A DNA stretch of 35,546 bases from Gallionella sp. (GTDB lineage Bacteria; Pseudomonadota; Gammaproteobacteria; Burkholderiales; Gallionellaceae). Shown here one piece after another: positions 10,022-19,378 of this stretch (its first letter is position 1; each line of letters opens with the position of its first letter). The notes below the pieces were generated by a model, which saw only the letters and a program-made list of their open reading frames with translations, made no database searches and had not been told where the DNA came from. The translations under genes and the position numbers were made by a program. The DNA lies in NCBI GenBank assembly GCA_036171255.1, contig JAVHQS010000105.1, positions 1-35,546 of the forward strand. The letters are read 5' to 3'.

Positions 10022-11436
10022 CACAACTGAAAGACAAATCGGTGCTGGTGCTCGGTCTCGGCGAGACCGGATTGTCCATGGTGCGCTGGCTCGGCGCACA
10101 GGGCGCGCGGTTGTGCGTCGCAGACAGCCGCAGTGCGCCGCCGAATCTGGCCGAAGTAAGCCGGTATGTCGCATCCGGCCAAATCTTCTGCGGGACATTC
10201 AGCGACGCGCTGTTTGAAGGCATCGAGCTGATCGCGATCAGCCCCGGGGTGCCGTTGCGCGATGAGTTCGTGGCGCGCGCGGTGGCGCGCGGCGTTCCGG
10301 TCGTCGGCGACATCGAATTATTCGCGCAACACATGGCAGCGTGCGCATCGCTCCCGAATCCCGAATCCCGAATCCCGAATCCCGTTTGCAAGATCATTGC
10401 GATCACCGGCGCGAACGGCAAGACCACCGTGACCAGCATGGTGGAGCATCTGTGCAAGGCCGCTGGCAAGGATGTGGTGGCCGCAGGCAATATCTCGCCC
10501 GCAGTGCTGGATGTGGTTTTGCAACGCGGCGCGAAGCAGCCCGGGGTGTGGGTGCTGGAGCTGTCCAGTTTCCAGCTGGAGACGACCGCGACGCTGAACG
10601 CCGATGCCGCAACGGTGCTGAACATCAGCGAAGATCATCTCGACCGCTATGCCGATATGGATGAATACAGTGCCGCGAAGGCTCGTGTCTTTTCGGGTTG
10701 CGGCGTGCAGATATTGAATCGCGACGATGCCCGCAGTATCGGCATGGCGCGTGCAGATCACAAGATCGTCACTTTCGGTTTGAATTTGCCCGGACAGGCC
10801 AACGATTTCGGTATCGAGCGGGCCGACGGCGAGATCTGGTTGCTGCAAGGATCGCAGCGTTTGATCAAAGCCGGCGACCTGCAGGTCGCCGGCTTGCACA
10901 ACGTCGCCAACGCGTTGGCCGCCTTGGCGCTGTGCCGAGCGATCGACCTGCCGATACCGGTGTTGCTGGATGCGTTGCGCAGTTTCAAGGGTTTGCCGCA
11001 TCGCGTGGAGTCGGTCGGTGAGATCGACGGCGTGATCTATTACGACGATTCCAAGGGCACCAATGTCGGCGCGACAGTCGCCGCGCTGGAAGGGTTGGGG
11101 CGCAAGGCGGTGCTGATCGCGGGCGGGGAAGGCAAAGGACAGGATTTCGCGCCGCTTAATCCGGTAGTGGCGCGACATGCGCGTGCCGTGGTGCTGATCG
11201 GGCGCGATGCGCCCCTGATCGCGGATGCCTTGAGTGGTTGTGGTGTGCCGATGCTGCGCGCCAAAGACATGAGCGATGCCGTGCAACAGGCGGCTCGACT
11301 CGCGCAATCGGGCGATGCGGTGCTGTTGTCGCCGGCCTGCGCCAGCTTCGACATGTTTCGCAACTATGAGCACCGCGCCGAAGCGTTCGTGCGGGCGGTG
11401 ACAGGGCTGTCCAGGGAGGGCGCATGGTCTCGTTAG
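10018..11436 (+). CDS. murD: UDP-N-acetylmuramoyl-L-alanine--D-glutamate ligase MurD
   Basis: [55 protein letters not shown]; ATG 10018 overlaps the mraY stop. Confidence 0.97.
   Translation: MTQLKDKSVLVLGLGETGLSMVRWLGAQGARLCVADSRSAPPNLAEVSRYVASGQIFCGTFSDALFEGIELIAISPGVPLRDEFVARAVARGVPVVGDIELFAQHMAACASLPNPESRIPNPVCKIIAITGANGKTTVTSMVEHLCKAAGKDVVAAGNISPAVLDVVLQRGAKQPGVWVLELSSFQLETTATLNADAATVLNISEDHLDRYADMDEYSAAKARVFSGCGVQILNRDDARSIGMARADHKIVTFGLNLPGQANDFGIERADGEIWLLQGSQRLIKAGDLQVAGLHNVANALAALALCRAIDLPIPVLLDALRSFKGLPHRVESVGEIDGVIYYDDSKGTNVGATVAALEGLGRKAVLIAGGEGKGQDFAPLNPVVARHARAVVLIGRDAPLIADALSGCGVPMLRAKDMSDAVQQAARLAQSGDAVLLSPACASFDMFRNYEHRAEAFVRAVTGLSREGAWSR
10352..10384 (+). repeat. Perfect heptamer tandem repeat (TCCCGAA)x4.7 inside murD
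   Basis: tcccgaa tcccgaa tcccgaa tcccgaa tcccg, translated as [10 protein letters not shown] just before the P-loop strand. Confidence 0.9.
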
Positions 11437-12587
11437 TCAAAACGCGCACCCGCCCGCCGCAGGCTGAGTTCGACGAATTGCTGATCTGGGTGTTCATCGG
11501 TCTGTTGGCGATCGGCCTGGTGATGGTGTACTCCGCTTCCATCGCCACCGCAGAGGGCAGCAAATTTACCGGCTTCAATCCGGCCTACTACCTGATGCGC
11601 CATGGCGTGTTCATCGCCGTAGGATTGCTGGCCGGCCTGTTCGCATTCCAGGTGCCGGTGCAGATGTGGCAGAACTACGCGCTGTACTTCTTCCTGCTTG
11701 GCGGGGCGTTGCTGATATTGGTATTGATCCCGCATATCGGCCGCGAAGTGAATGGCAGCCGCCGCTGGTTGTCGTTGTTCGTGATCAATCTGCAACCCTC
11801 CGAATTGATGAAGTTGTTCGCGGTGTTGTACGCGGCAGATTTCACCGTGCGCAAAGGTAATGTCGGGCAGTCTTTCACCAAAGCATTTTTACCGATGTTT
11901 GCCGTCATGTCGATCATAGGCAGCTTGCTGTTGCTCGAACCTGACATGGGTGCGTTCGTGGTGATCTTTTCCATCGCGTTCTGCACGTTGTGGCTGGGCG
12001 GTTTCAATATCAAGGTGTTCGGATTGCTGTTGCTCCTGCTGCCATTGGCCTTCGCCGCGCTGATTGTTTCATCGCCGTACCGGATGCAGCGCGTCATCGG
12101 CTTCATGGATCCGTGGTCCGACCCGTACGGCAAGGGCTATCAGTTGAGCCATGCGCTGATCGCTTTCGGGCGCGGCGAATGGTTCGGCGTGGGGCTCGGT
12201 TCGAGCGTGGAGAAGCTGTTCTATCTGCCGGAAGCGCATACCGACTTTTTGATGGCGGTGATCGCCGAGGAGTTGGGCCTGCTGGGCGTGGTGGCGGTTA
12301 TCGTGCTGTTCGCGCTGGTGGTGGTGCGCGCGTTCCAGATTGGGCGCCATGCGGCGTTTCTCGAACGCAATTATTCGGCGCTGGTCGCGCAAGGTATCGG
12401 CGTGTGGATCGGCGTGCAGGCGGCGATCAACATCGGCGTGAACATGGGTGTATTGCCGACCAAAGGATTGACCCTGCCGTTCCTGAGTTTCGGCGGCAGC
12501 GGCGTGGTGGTGAACTGCATCGCGGCGGCGGTGCTGCTGAGAGTGGACTATGAAAACAGAAGAATTGCGCGAGGGATGCCAGTATGA
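11424..12587 (+). CDS. ftsW: SEDS peptidoglycan polymerase FtsW
   Basis: [49 protein letters not shown]. Confidence 0.98.
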   Translation: MVSLVKTRTRPPQAEFDELLIWVFIGLLAIGLVMVYSASIATAEGSKFTGFNPAYYLMRHGVFIAVGLLAGLFAFQVPVQMWQNYALYFFLLGGALLILVLIPHIGREVNGSRRWLSLFVINLQPSELMKLFAVLYAADFTVRKGNVGQSFTKAFLPMFAVMSIIGSLLLLEPDMGAFVVIFSIAFCTLWLGGFNIKVFGLLLLLLPLAFAALIVSSPYRMQRVIGFMDPWSDPYGKGYQLSHALIAFGRGEWFGVGLGSSVEKLFYLPEAHTDFLMAVIAEELGLLGVVAVIVLFALVVVRAFQIGRHAAFLERNYSALVAQGIGVWIGVQAAINIGVNMGVLPTKGLTLPFLSFGGSGVVVNCIAAAVLLRVDYENRRIARGMPV

Positions 12588-12703
12588 GTATGGCTGACTT
12601 CAATTCTTCTGTTTCGGCGAAGACTAACTTGCGCAAGCAAGTTAAGCCCCATCGGGGCGGTCGTAGCCAAAACCGTCGTATGGCGCGGGGGATGCCGGTA
12701 TGA
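12552..12703 (+). repeat. Diverged direct repeat of the ftsW 3' end plus overlapping ATGA, flanking a short insert
   Basis: GAAAACAGAAGAATTGCGCGAGGGATGCCAGTATGA (12552-12587, [11 protein letters not shown]) vs CAAAACCGTCGTATGGCGCGGGGGATGCCGGTATGA (12668-12703, [11 protein letters not shown]). Confidence 0.85.
12584..12703 (+). CDS. 39-aa relay mini-ORF between ftsW and murG
   Basis: [39 protein letters not shown]; ATGA overlap at both ends. Confidence 0.4.
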   Translation: MSMADFNSSVSAKTNLRKQVKPHRGGRSQNRRMARGMPV

Positions 12704-13761
12704 GCCGCTCGATATTGATCATGGCAGGAGGTACTGGCGGGCACATCTTTCCGGCGTTGGCCGTGGCCGACACTTTGCGTTCGCAGGGCTGGTCGGTGAT
12801 CTGGCTGGGCGCGCCGAACAGCATGGAAGCCGAGCTGGTGCCCGGGCACGGCTATGAAGTCGCGTGGGTGAATTTTTCCGGCGTGCGCGGCAAAGGCGCG
12901 CTGCGTTTGCTGACACTGCCGTTCACGTTGTTGCGTGCGCTGGGGCAGAGCGCGGCGGCGATATTCCGCTACCGTCCCGACGTGGTGCTGGGCATGGGCG
13001 GCTACATCACGTTCCCGGGCGGGATGATGGCGGCATTGCTGCGTCGTCCGCTGGTGATACACGAGCAGAACTCCATCGCCGGACTGAGCAACAAGGTGCT
13101 GGCGCGCGTCGCGCAGCAAGTGCTGAGCGGTTTCCCCGATGTGTTGCCCAAAGCGATCTGGTGCGGCAATCCGGTGCGCAAAAGCATCGCGGCCTTGCCC
13201 GGACCGCAACAGCGCTATGCCGCACGCAGCGGAAAACTGAACGTACTGGTGGTCGGCGGCAGTCTGGGCGCGAGGGCGCTCAACGAGGCTGTGCCGCAGG
13301 CGCTCGCACGATTGCCGGAGGAGGCGCGTCCCAATGTGCTGCATCAAACCGGTAAACAGCATTTCGCGGCGGTGCAGCAGTTGTATCAACAGGCCGGTGT
13401 GCAGGCCGATATTCAGCCGTTCCTCGATGACATGGCAGGCTGTTATGCGAATGCCGATGTGGTGGTCTGCCGCGCCGGCGCGCTGACCATCGCGGAACTC
13501 GCCGCCGTTGGTGTGGCGAGCATCCTGATCCCGTTCCCGTTTGCGGTGGACGACCACCAGACGTACAACGCGCGCTTTCTGAGTGAGAAAGGCGCGGCGG
13601 TGCTGCTGCCGCAAACCGAATTGAGCGCAGAAAGATTGGCGCAGTTGCTGCGCGAATTGACCAGAGAAAAGCTGCTGGCGCTGGCGCAAGCCGCGCGCAG
13701 TCTGGCAAAGCCAAATGCGACGGCGCAAGTGGCAAAGATATGTATGGAGTTGGCAGGATGA
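12700..13761 (+). CDS. murG: Undecaprenyl-PP-MurNAc-pentapeptide GlcNAc transferase MurG
   Basis: [51 protein letters not shown]. Confidence 0.98.
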   Translation: MSRSILIMAGGTGGHIFPALAVADTLRSQGWSVIWLGAPNSMEAELVPGHGYEVAWVNFSGVRGKGALRLLTLPFTLLRALGQSAAAIFRYRPDVVLGMGGYITFPGGMMAALLRRPLVIHEQNSIAGLSNKVLARVAQQVLSGFPDVLPKAIWCGNPVRKSIAALPGPQQRYAARSGKLNVLVVGGSLGARALNEAVPQALARLPEEARPNVLHQTGKQHFAAVQQLYQQAGVQADIQPFLDDMAGCYANADVVVCRAGALTIAELAAVGVASILIPFPFAVDDHQTYNARFLSEKGAAVLLPQTELSAERLAQLLRELTREKLLALAQAARSLAKPNATAQVAKICMELAG

Positions 13762-13907
13762 GGGGTAAGGCAAAAATGATTCGCGCGGAGACGCGGAGAA
13801 CGCGGGGCTTAATACCCGGTTCAGCGGGGTTCTCCGCGATCTCCGCGTCTCCGCGCGAGACTGATTTGGAGTGCATGTTTAAGGAAAAGCATGAAACACA
13901 AAATTAA
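13758..13907 (+). CDS. 49-aa relay mini-ORF between murG and murC
   Basis: [49 protein letters not shown]; ATG overlaps the murG TGA and the stop is 17 nt into murC. Confidence 0.35.
   Translation: MRGKAKMIRAETRRTRGLIPGSAGFSAISASPRETDLECMFKEKHETQN
13781..13858. repeat. Palindrome built from CGCGGAG units between murG and murC
   Basis: TCGCGCGGAGACGCGGAGAACGCGGGG (13781-13807) / CTCCGCGATCTCCGCGTCTCCGCGCGA (13832-13858), 25/27 complementary. Confidence 0.85.
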
Positions 13908-15291
13908 ACACATCCACTTCGTCGGCATCGGCGGTTCGGGCATGAACGGCATCGCCGAGGTATTGCTCAATCTGGGCTTCAAGGTAAGCGGCTCCGACCT
14001 GTCGGAAAGCGCCGTCACGCAACGCCTGCAAGGATTGGGCGCGCGCATCACCATCGGGCATGACGCGAACAATCTGCGGGACGCCGATGCGGTGGTGACC
14101 TCCACTGCGGTGAAGGCCGGCAATCCGGAAGTGGTCGCGGCGCGCGAACGGCACATTCCCATCGTGCCGCGCGCGGTGATGCTGGCCGAGCTGATGCGCC
14201 TGCGCCAGGGCATCGCGGTGGCAGGCACGCACGGCAAGACCACCACCACTTCGCTGGTGACCAGCGTGCTGGCCAAGGGCGGCTACGACCCGACCTTCGT
14301 CATCGGCGGCCGCCTCAACAGCAGCGGTGCGAACGCGCGTCTGGGGACGGGCGAATTCATCGTCGCCGAGGCGGACGAATCCGATGCGTCGTTCCTGTAT
14401 CTCACACCGATCCTGGCGGTGGTGACCAACATCGATGCCGATCACATGGAGACCTATGGCCACGACTTCGGCAAACTGAAGCAGGCCTTCGTCGACTTCA
14501 TCGAGCGCTTGCCGTTCTACGGCCGCGCCATGTTGTGCGTGGACGATGAGAACGTGCGCGAAATCCTGCCGCGCATCAGCAAGCCGGTCACCACCTACGG
14601 TTTCGGCGAAGATGCGCAGATCCGTGCGGTGAACGTGCGCCACGAAGGCGGACAGATGCGCTTCACCGCATTGTGCCGGCACAACAGCATCCCGCTCGAT
14701 CTGGACATCACGCTCAATCTGGCGGGCGAGCACAATGTGCTGAACGCCTTGGCGGCGATCGCGGTCGCGCTGGAGATCGGCGTGGCGGGCGATGCGATCG
14801 TGGCGGCACTGGCGGAGTTCCAGGGAGTGGGGCGGCGCATGCAGCGCTATGGCGATATCCCATTGGCATCCGGCGGCTCGTTCACGCTCATCGACGATTA
14901 CGGCCATCACCCGGTGGAGATGAAAGCGACGCTCGCGGCAGTGCGCGGCGCCTTCCCCGGAAAGCGCTTGCTGCTTGCCTTCCAGCCGCACCGCTACACA
15001 CGCACGCGCGACCTGTTCGAGGATTTCATCAAGGTGCTGGGCAGTGTGGATGCGCTGGCGCTGGCCGAAGTATATGCGGCAGGCGAGGCGCCCATCGTCG
15101 CGGCTGACGGACGGGCATTGATGCATGCCCTGCGCGTGGCGGGGCAGAACGAAGCGGCATTCGTCGAGAACATCGCCGACATGCCGCAGACCATCTTGCA
15201 GATGGCGCGCGACGGCGATGTGGTGCTGACCATGGGGGCGGGCTCCATCGGCGGCGTACCTGCTCAGGTTGCGAAATTGGCGAACAAATGA
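13891..15291 (+). CDS. murC: UDP-N-acetylmuramate--L-alanine ligase MurC
   Basis: [46 protein letters not shown]. Confidence 0.98.
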   Translation: MKHKIKHIHFVGIGGSGMNGIAEVLLNLGFKVSGSDLSESAVTQRLQGLGARITIGHDANNLRDADAVVTSTAVKAGNPEVVAARERHIPIVPRAVMLAELMRLRQGIAVAGTHGKTTTTSLVTSVLAKGGYDPTFVIGGRLNSSGANARLGTGEFIVAEADESDASFLYLTPILAVVTNIDADHMETYGHDFGKLKQAFVDFIERLPFYGRAMLCVDDENVREILPRISKPVTTYGFGEDAQIRAVNVRHEGGQMRFTALCRHNSIPLDLDITLNLAGEHNVLNALAAIAVALEIGVAGDAIVAALAEFQGVGRRMQRYGDIPLASGGSFTLIDDYGHHPVEMKATLAAVRGAFPGKRLLLAFQPHRYTRTRDLFEDFIKVLGSVDALALAEVYAAGEAPIVAADGRALMHALRVAGQNEAAFVENIADMPQTILQMARDGDVVLTMGAGSIGGVPAQVAKLANK

Positions 15292-16265
15292 ACATGAGCG
15301 AACCGGCACAATTTACAACGGAAGGCCTGCGAGGCGAATTGCGCTTCGATGTCGATATGCGCAAGCACACCTCCTGGCGTGCAGGCGGCATGGCGCAGCG
15401 CATGTACCGTCCGGCAGACCTGGCTGACTTGCAACGGTTCCTGCAGCAACTGCCGCCGGACGGACCGCTGGTCGCGGTGGGTCTGGGCAGCAATCTGCTG
15501 GTGCGCGACGGCGGGCTGCACGGGACGGTGTTGCTGATGCACGGTGCGTTGAACGAATTGCGCATGGATGGTGACGGCATGTATGTCCAAGCGGGGGTGG
15601 CGGGCGCGAAGCTGGCGCGCTTCGCCGCATCGAACAATCTGTGCGGTGCGGAATTCTTCGCGGGTATCCCCGGCACACTGGGTGGGATGCTGGCGATGAA
15701 TGCCGGATGTTATGGCAGCGAGACCTGGCAGAAAGTGGAGCGCGTGCAGGTGCTGACGCGTCGCGGCGAGTTGATCGAGCGTACACCGCAGGAATATGAG
15801 ATCGGATATCGCCACGTAGTAAAACGTGAAACGGGAAATGTGAAACGTGAAGAGCGAGATTTGTTTCACCTTTCACCTTTCACCTTTCACGAAGAAGAAT
15901 TCTTCGCCGCCGCATGGCTGAGATTCGAGCAAGGCGATGTCGAAGCGGCGCAGCGGGAGATCAAGGCGCTGCTGGAGAAGCGCAGTGCCAGCCAGCCTTT
16001 GCAGCTGCCGAACGCCGGATCGGTGTTCCGCAATCCGCCGGGCGGACATGCGGCGAAATTGATCGAGGGTTGCGGACTGAAGGGAAGACGCATCGGCGGC
16101 GCGCAGGTGTCGGAGAAGCATGCCAACTTCATCGTGAACGTTGGAGATGCGACGGCGGCGGACATCGAGAATTTGATCGGCGAGGTGCGCGCAACGGTTG
16201 CGGCGCAGACCGGGGTGCTGTTGCATCCCGAAGTGAGAATCATCGGAGAGGCGATAGCAGCATGA
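15288..16265 (+). CDS. murB: UDP-N-acetylenolpyruvoylglucosamine reductase MurB, with an in-frame repeat insertion
   Basis: [52 protein letters not shown]. Confidence 0.97.
   Translation: MNMSEPAQFTTEGLRGELRFDVDMRKHTSWRAGGMAQRMYRPADLADLQRFLQQLPPDGPLVAVGLGSNLLVRDGGLHGTVLLMHGALNELRMDGDGMYVQAGVAGAKLARFAASNNLCGAEFFAGIPGTLGGMLAMNAGCYGSETWQKVERVQVLTRRGELIERTPQEYEIGYRHVVKRETGNVKREERDLFHLSPFTFHEEEFFAAAWLRFEQGDVEAAQREIKALLEKRSASQPLQLPNAGSVFRNPPGGHAAKLIEGCGLKGRRIGGAQVSEKHANFIVNVGDATAADIENLIGEVRATVAAQTGVLLHPEVRIIGEAIAA
15825..15891. repeat. Inverted pair of heptamer arrays inside murB
   Basis: CGTGAAA CGGGAAA TGTGAAA CGTGAAG, 11-nt spacer, then TTTCACC x3 TTTCACG; reads [22 protein letters not shown]. 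Confidence 0.85.
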
Positions 16266-17221
16266 GTACCAACGAGATGAATGACACGCCACGTACGCCA
16301 CAAGCCACAGGCCCGTTCGGCAAAGTCGCGGTGCTGTTCGGCGGACGCTCAGCCGAGCGCGAGGTGTCGCTGAAGAGCGGCGCGGCGGTGCTGGCGGCAT
16401 TGCAGCGCAGCGGCGTAGACGCGCATGCGTTCGATCCGGCCACGCAGAACTTGCAAGCGCTGGTTGATGAGGGATTCGATCGCGCATTCATCGCGCTGCA
16501 CGGACGCTTCGGCGAAGACGGCACGGTGCAGGGTGCGCTGGAATTGCTGGGCATTCCTTACACCGGCAGCGGCGTGATGGCCTCGGCGCTGGGTATGGAT
16601 AAATGGCGCACCAAGCTGGTCTGGCAGGCGGCGAATTTGCCGATACCGAACTACGCGCTGCTCGATGAGCACAGCGATTGGGACGGTGTAGCACGACAGC
16701 TGGGCTTGCCGCTGTTCGTGAAGCCCGCCAACGAAGGCTCCAGCGTGGGCATCAGCAAGGTGAAAGCAGCCGGTGAATTGCGCGCGGCATATCGGGAAGC
16801 CGCCTTGCACGACAAGCTGGTGATCGCGGAAAGTTTCATCGGCGGCGGCGAATACACTGCGGCGATCCTCGGCGAGCAGGCCTTGCCGGTGATCAAGATC
16901 GAACCGGCCAACGAGTTCTACGACTACGAGGCGAAATACCTGCGCAACGATACGCGCTATCTGTGCCCGAGCGGGCTGAGCGCGGCGCAGGAAGCAGAGA
17001 TGCAGCGCCTGGCGCAACAGGCTTTCGCGTTGATCGGCGGGCAAGGCTGGGGACGCGTGGACTTCCTGATGAGCGAGAGCGGCCAGCCGTATCTGCTCGA
17101 GATCAATACCTCGCCGGGCATGACCGACCACAGCCTGGTGCCGATGGCGGCGCGGCAGGCGGGTATCGGCTTCGAACAACTGGTGCTGCGCGTACTGGAG
17201 TTGGCGGGGGTTAACAAATGA
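16262..17221 (+). CDS. ddlB: D-alanine--D-alanine ligase
   Basis: [56 protein letters not shown]; ATG 16262 overlaps the murB stop. Confidence 0.97.
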   Translation: MSTNEMNDTPRTPQATGPFGKVAVLFGGRSAEREVSLKSGAAVLAALQRSGVDAHAFDPATQNLQALVDEGFDRAFIALHGRFGEDGTVQGALELLGIPYTGSGVMASALGMDKWRTKLVWQAANLPIPNYALLDEHSDWDGVARQLGLPLFVKPANEGSSVGISKVKAAGELRAAYREAALHDKLVIAESFIGGGEYTAAILGEQALPVIKIEPANEFYDYEAKYLRNDTRYLCPSGLSAAQEAEMQRLAQQAFALIGGQGWGRVDFLMSESGQPYLLEINTSPGMTDHSLVPMAARQAGIGFEQLVLRVLELAGVNK

Positions 17222-17367
17222 TTTTCACGTTCGCTTGGCTCCGCCCCCCTCGCTTCGCTCTCCCCGCTTGCGGGATAACCGGCGGCTTGGCCAGCGTCAT
17301 TTGCTGGCTTAGTCGAATGGCTAGCAGCTCCATCAGAGGATTGAGGAGAGGGAAATATGTGGGATAA
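17218..17367 (+). CDS. 49-aa relay mini-ORF between ddlB and ftsQ
   Basis: [49 protein letters not shown]; ATG overlaps the ddlB TGA; TAA is 11 nt into ftsQ (ATGTGGGATAA). Confidence 0.35.
   Translation: MIFTFAWLRPPRFALPACGITGGLASVICWLSRMASSSIRGLRRGKYVG
17275..17323 (-). repeat. 49-bp dispersed hairpin repeat, copy 1
   Basis: Reverse complement TAGCCATTCGACTAAGCCAGCAAATGACGCTGGCCAAGCCGCCGGTTAT; 39/49 identical to 26538-26586. Confidence 0.85.
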
Positions 17368-18064
17368 CGCGCCGCTGCTGCGCAACACCGCCAACGCGCT
17401 GATCGCCTTCAGCATGCTGGCGGTGTTGTACGGAGCTGCCTATTACGCGGTGCATCTGCCGGGGTTGTTCCCGCTGCACAGTGTGCGGCTGAGTGCGGTG
17501 CCGCAACAGGTCGCCGCGCCGGAAGTGTTGCAGGTGGTGCGCGATGAAGTGCGCGGCAACTTCTTTACCGTGGACATCGAACGCTTGAGGCGGTCGTTGG
17601 AAAAATTGCCGTGGGTGCGCAGCGTCAACATCCGCCGCGAATTTCCCGGCAGATTGTCCGTGCAACTGGAAGAACACCAGGTGTTGGCGCGCTGGAACAA
17701 CAGCGCGTTGGTGAACCGGCAAGGCGAGGTATTCAGTGCAAACACCGAACGCGAGTTGCCGGGTTTTATCGGGCAGGACGGCGAGGCAAAAGAAGTCGCG
17801 CAGCACTATGCGAAATTCGGCCAGCAGCTTGCCGAACTGAATCTGCAGGTCGCGCAGATCGCGCAATCGCCGCGCCATGCATGGCAGCTGCGGTTGAGCA
17901 ACGGCATGGTGCTGGAACTGGGCAGTGACGAGATGCAGCAGCGCCTGGCGAGGTTCGTGGCGGTGTATCCGTACAGTCTCGCCGCGATGCAGGCTACGGT
18001 GAAATATGTGGACTTGCGCTACCGCAATGGATTCGCGGTGGGCGGCACAGTTAAACAAGGTTAA
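17357..18064 (+). CDS. ftsQ: Cell division protein FtsQ
   Basis: MWDN start, one TM, POTRA segment (GNFFTVDI...LPWVRSVNIRREFP), YVDLRYRNGFAV. Confidence 0.96.
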   Translation: MWDNAPLLRNTANALIAFSMLAVLYGAAYYAVHLPGLFPLHSVRLSAVPQQVAAPEVLQVVRDEVRGNFFTVDIERLRRSLEKLPWVRSVNIRREFPGRLSVQLEEHQVLARWNNSALVNRQGEVFSANTERELPGFIGQDGEAKEVAQHYAKFGQQLAELNLQVAQIAQSPRHAWQLRLSNGMVLELGSDEMQQRLARFVAVYPYSLAAMQATVKYVDLRYRNGFAVGGTVKQG

Positions 18065-18088
18065 CAGGCGAGTAGTGGAGAACGAACG

Positions 18089-19324
18089 ATGAGCAAAAAC
18101 AAGGAAACCAAGAATCTGGTGGTCGGGCTGGATATCGGCACCTCCAAGATTGTGGCCATCGTCGGTGAAGTCAAGCCGGACGGGATGTTGGAGGTGATCG
18201 GCATGGGTATGCACGAATCGTCCGGCATGAAGAAAGGCATGGTGGTCAACATCGAAGCGACAGTGGGGGCGATCCAGCGCGCGCTGGAAGAGGCCGAGCT
18301 GATGGCGGATTGCAAGATCCATGAGGTGTATACCGGCATCGCGGGCAGTCATATCCGCAGCACCAATTCGCGCGGCATGGTGAAGATCAAGGAAAAGGAA
18401 GTGGCACAAGCTGATATCGATCGCGTGATCGAGACCGCCAGCTCGATCAGCCTGCCGGGAGACCAGCAGATCCTGCATATCCTTGAACAGGAATTCAGCA
18501 TCGACGGCCAGGACGGCATCAAGAAGCCGCTGGGCATGAGCGGGATGCGGCTGGATGTCGAGGTGCATATCGTCAGCGGTGCGGTAGCCGCAGTGCAGAA
18601 CATCATGAAGTGCATCCATCGCTGCGGGCTGGAGGTCAACGAATTGATCCTGCAACCGCTGGCCTCCAGCAAGGCGGTGCTTGCCGACGATGAAAAAGAG
18701 CTGGGCGTGTGCATCGTGGATATCGGCGGCGGCACTACCGACATCGCGGTGTTTACCGGCGGCGCGATCCGCCATACCGCAGTGATACCGATCGCCGGCG
18801 ATCAGATCACCAACGACATCGCGATGGCCTTGCGCACGCCGACGCAGGATGCCGAAGACATCAAGATCAAGTATGGCTGCGCGTTGCGCCAATTGGCCGA
18901 CGGTTTCGAGATCGATGTGCCGGGCGTGGGCGAGCGCGGGCCGCGCAAGTTGAAACGGCACAGCCTGTCCGAAGTCATCGAGCCGCGCGTCGAGGAATTG
19001 TATTCGCTGGTGCAGGCGGAGTTGCGCCGCAGCGGCTTCGAGGATTTGTTGTCATCCGGCATCGTGATCACCGGCGGCAGCAGTGCCATGCAGGGCATGG
19101 TCGAGTTGGGCGAAGAGATCTTTCATCTGCCGGTGCGCATGGGCATTCCCAAGTATGTCGGCGGCCTCTCGGATGTCGTGAAGATGCCGCGCATGGCGAC
19201 CGGCGTCGGGCTGTTGTTATATGGCCTGGAGCATCATCAGCGCAACGAGGAGAAACGTATGCAATCGAATTCGTTTGGCGATGTGCTGGCAAGGATGAAG
19301 GCTTGGTTTCAGGGTAATTTTTAA
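18089..19324 (+). CDS. ftsA: Cell division protein FtsA
   Basis: VGLDIGTSKI, VDIGGGTTDIA, GIVITGGSS, amphipathic C-terminal tail. Confidence 0.98.
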   Translation: MSKNKETKNLVVGLDIGTSKIVAIVGEVKPDGMLEVIGMGMHESSGMKKGMVVNIEATVGAIQRALEEAELMADCKIHEVYTGIAGSHIRSTNSRGMVKIKEKEVAQADIDRVIETASSISLPGDQQILHILEQEFSIDGQDGIKKPLGMSGMRLDVEVHIVSGAVAAVQNIMKCIHRCGLEVNELILQPLASSKAVLADDEKELGVCIVDIGGGTTDIAVFTGGAIRHTAVIPIAGDQITNDIAMALRTPTQDAEDIKIKYGCALRQLADGFEIDVPGVGERGPRKLKRHSLSEVIEPRVEELYSLVQAELRRSGFEDLLSSGIVITGGSSAMQGMVELGEEIFHLPVRMGIPKYVGGLSDVVKMPRMATGVGLLLYGLEHHQRNEEKRMQSNSFGDVLARMKAWFQGNF

Positions 19325-19378
19325 TAAATGTAGTGCAGGCTCAGGGTTGATTTTTTGCAATTTTTTAAGGAGACGATG

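Noticed and set aside
10352-10384. Phase variation of murD
   Set aside because: murD is essential; single-unit slippage should be lethal, so on/off switching is implausible.
7191-16261. Long N-terminal extensions of MurF (7191), MurD (9682) and DdlB (15914) suggesting fusions or frameshifting
   Set aside because: They are off-frame read-ins from the upstream genes; the true starts are the ATGA overlaps at 7527, 10018 and 16262.
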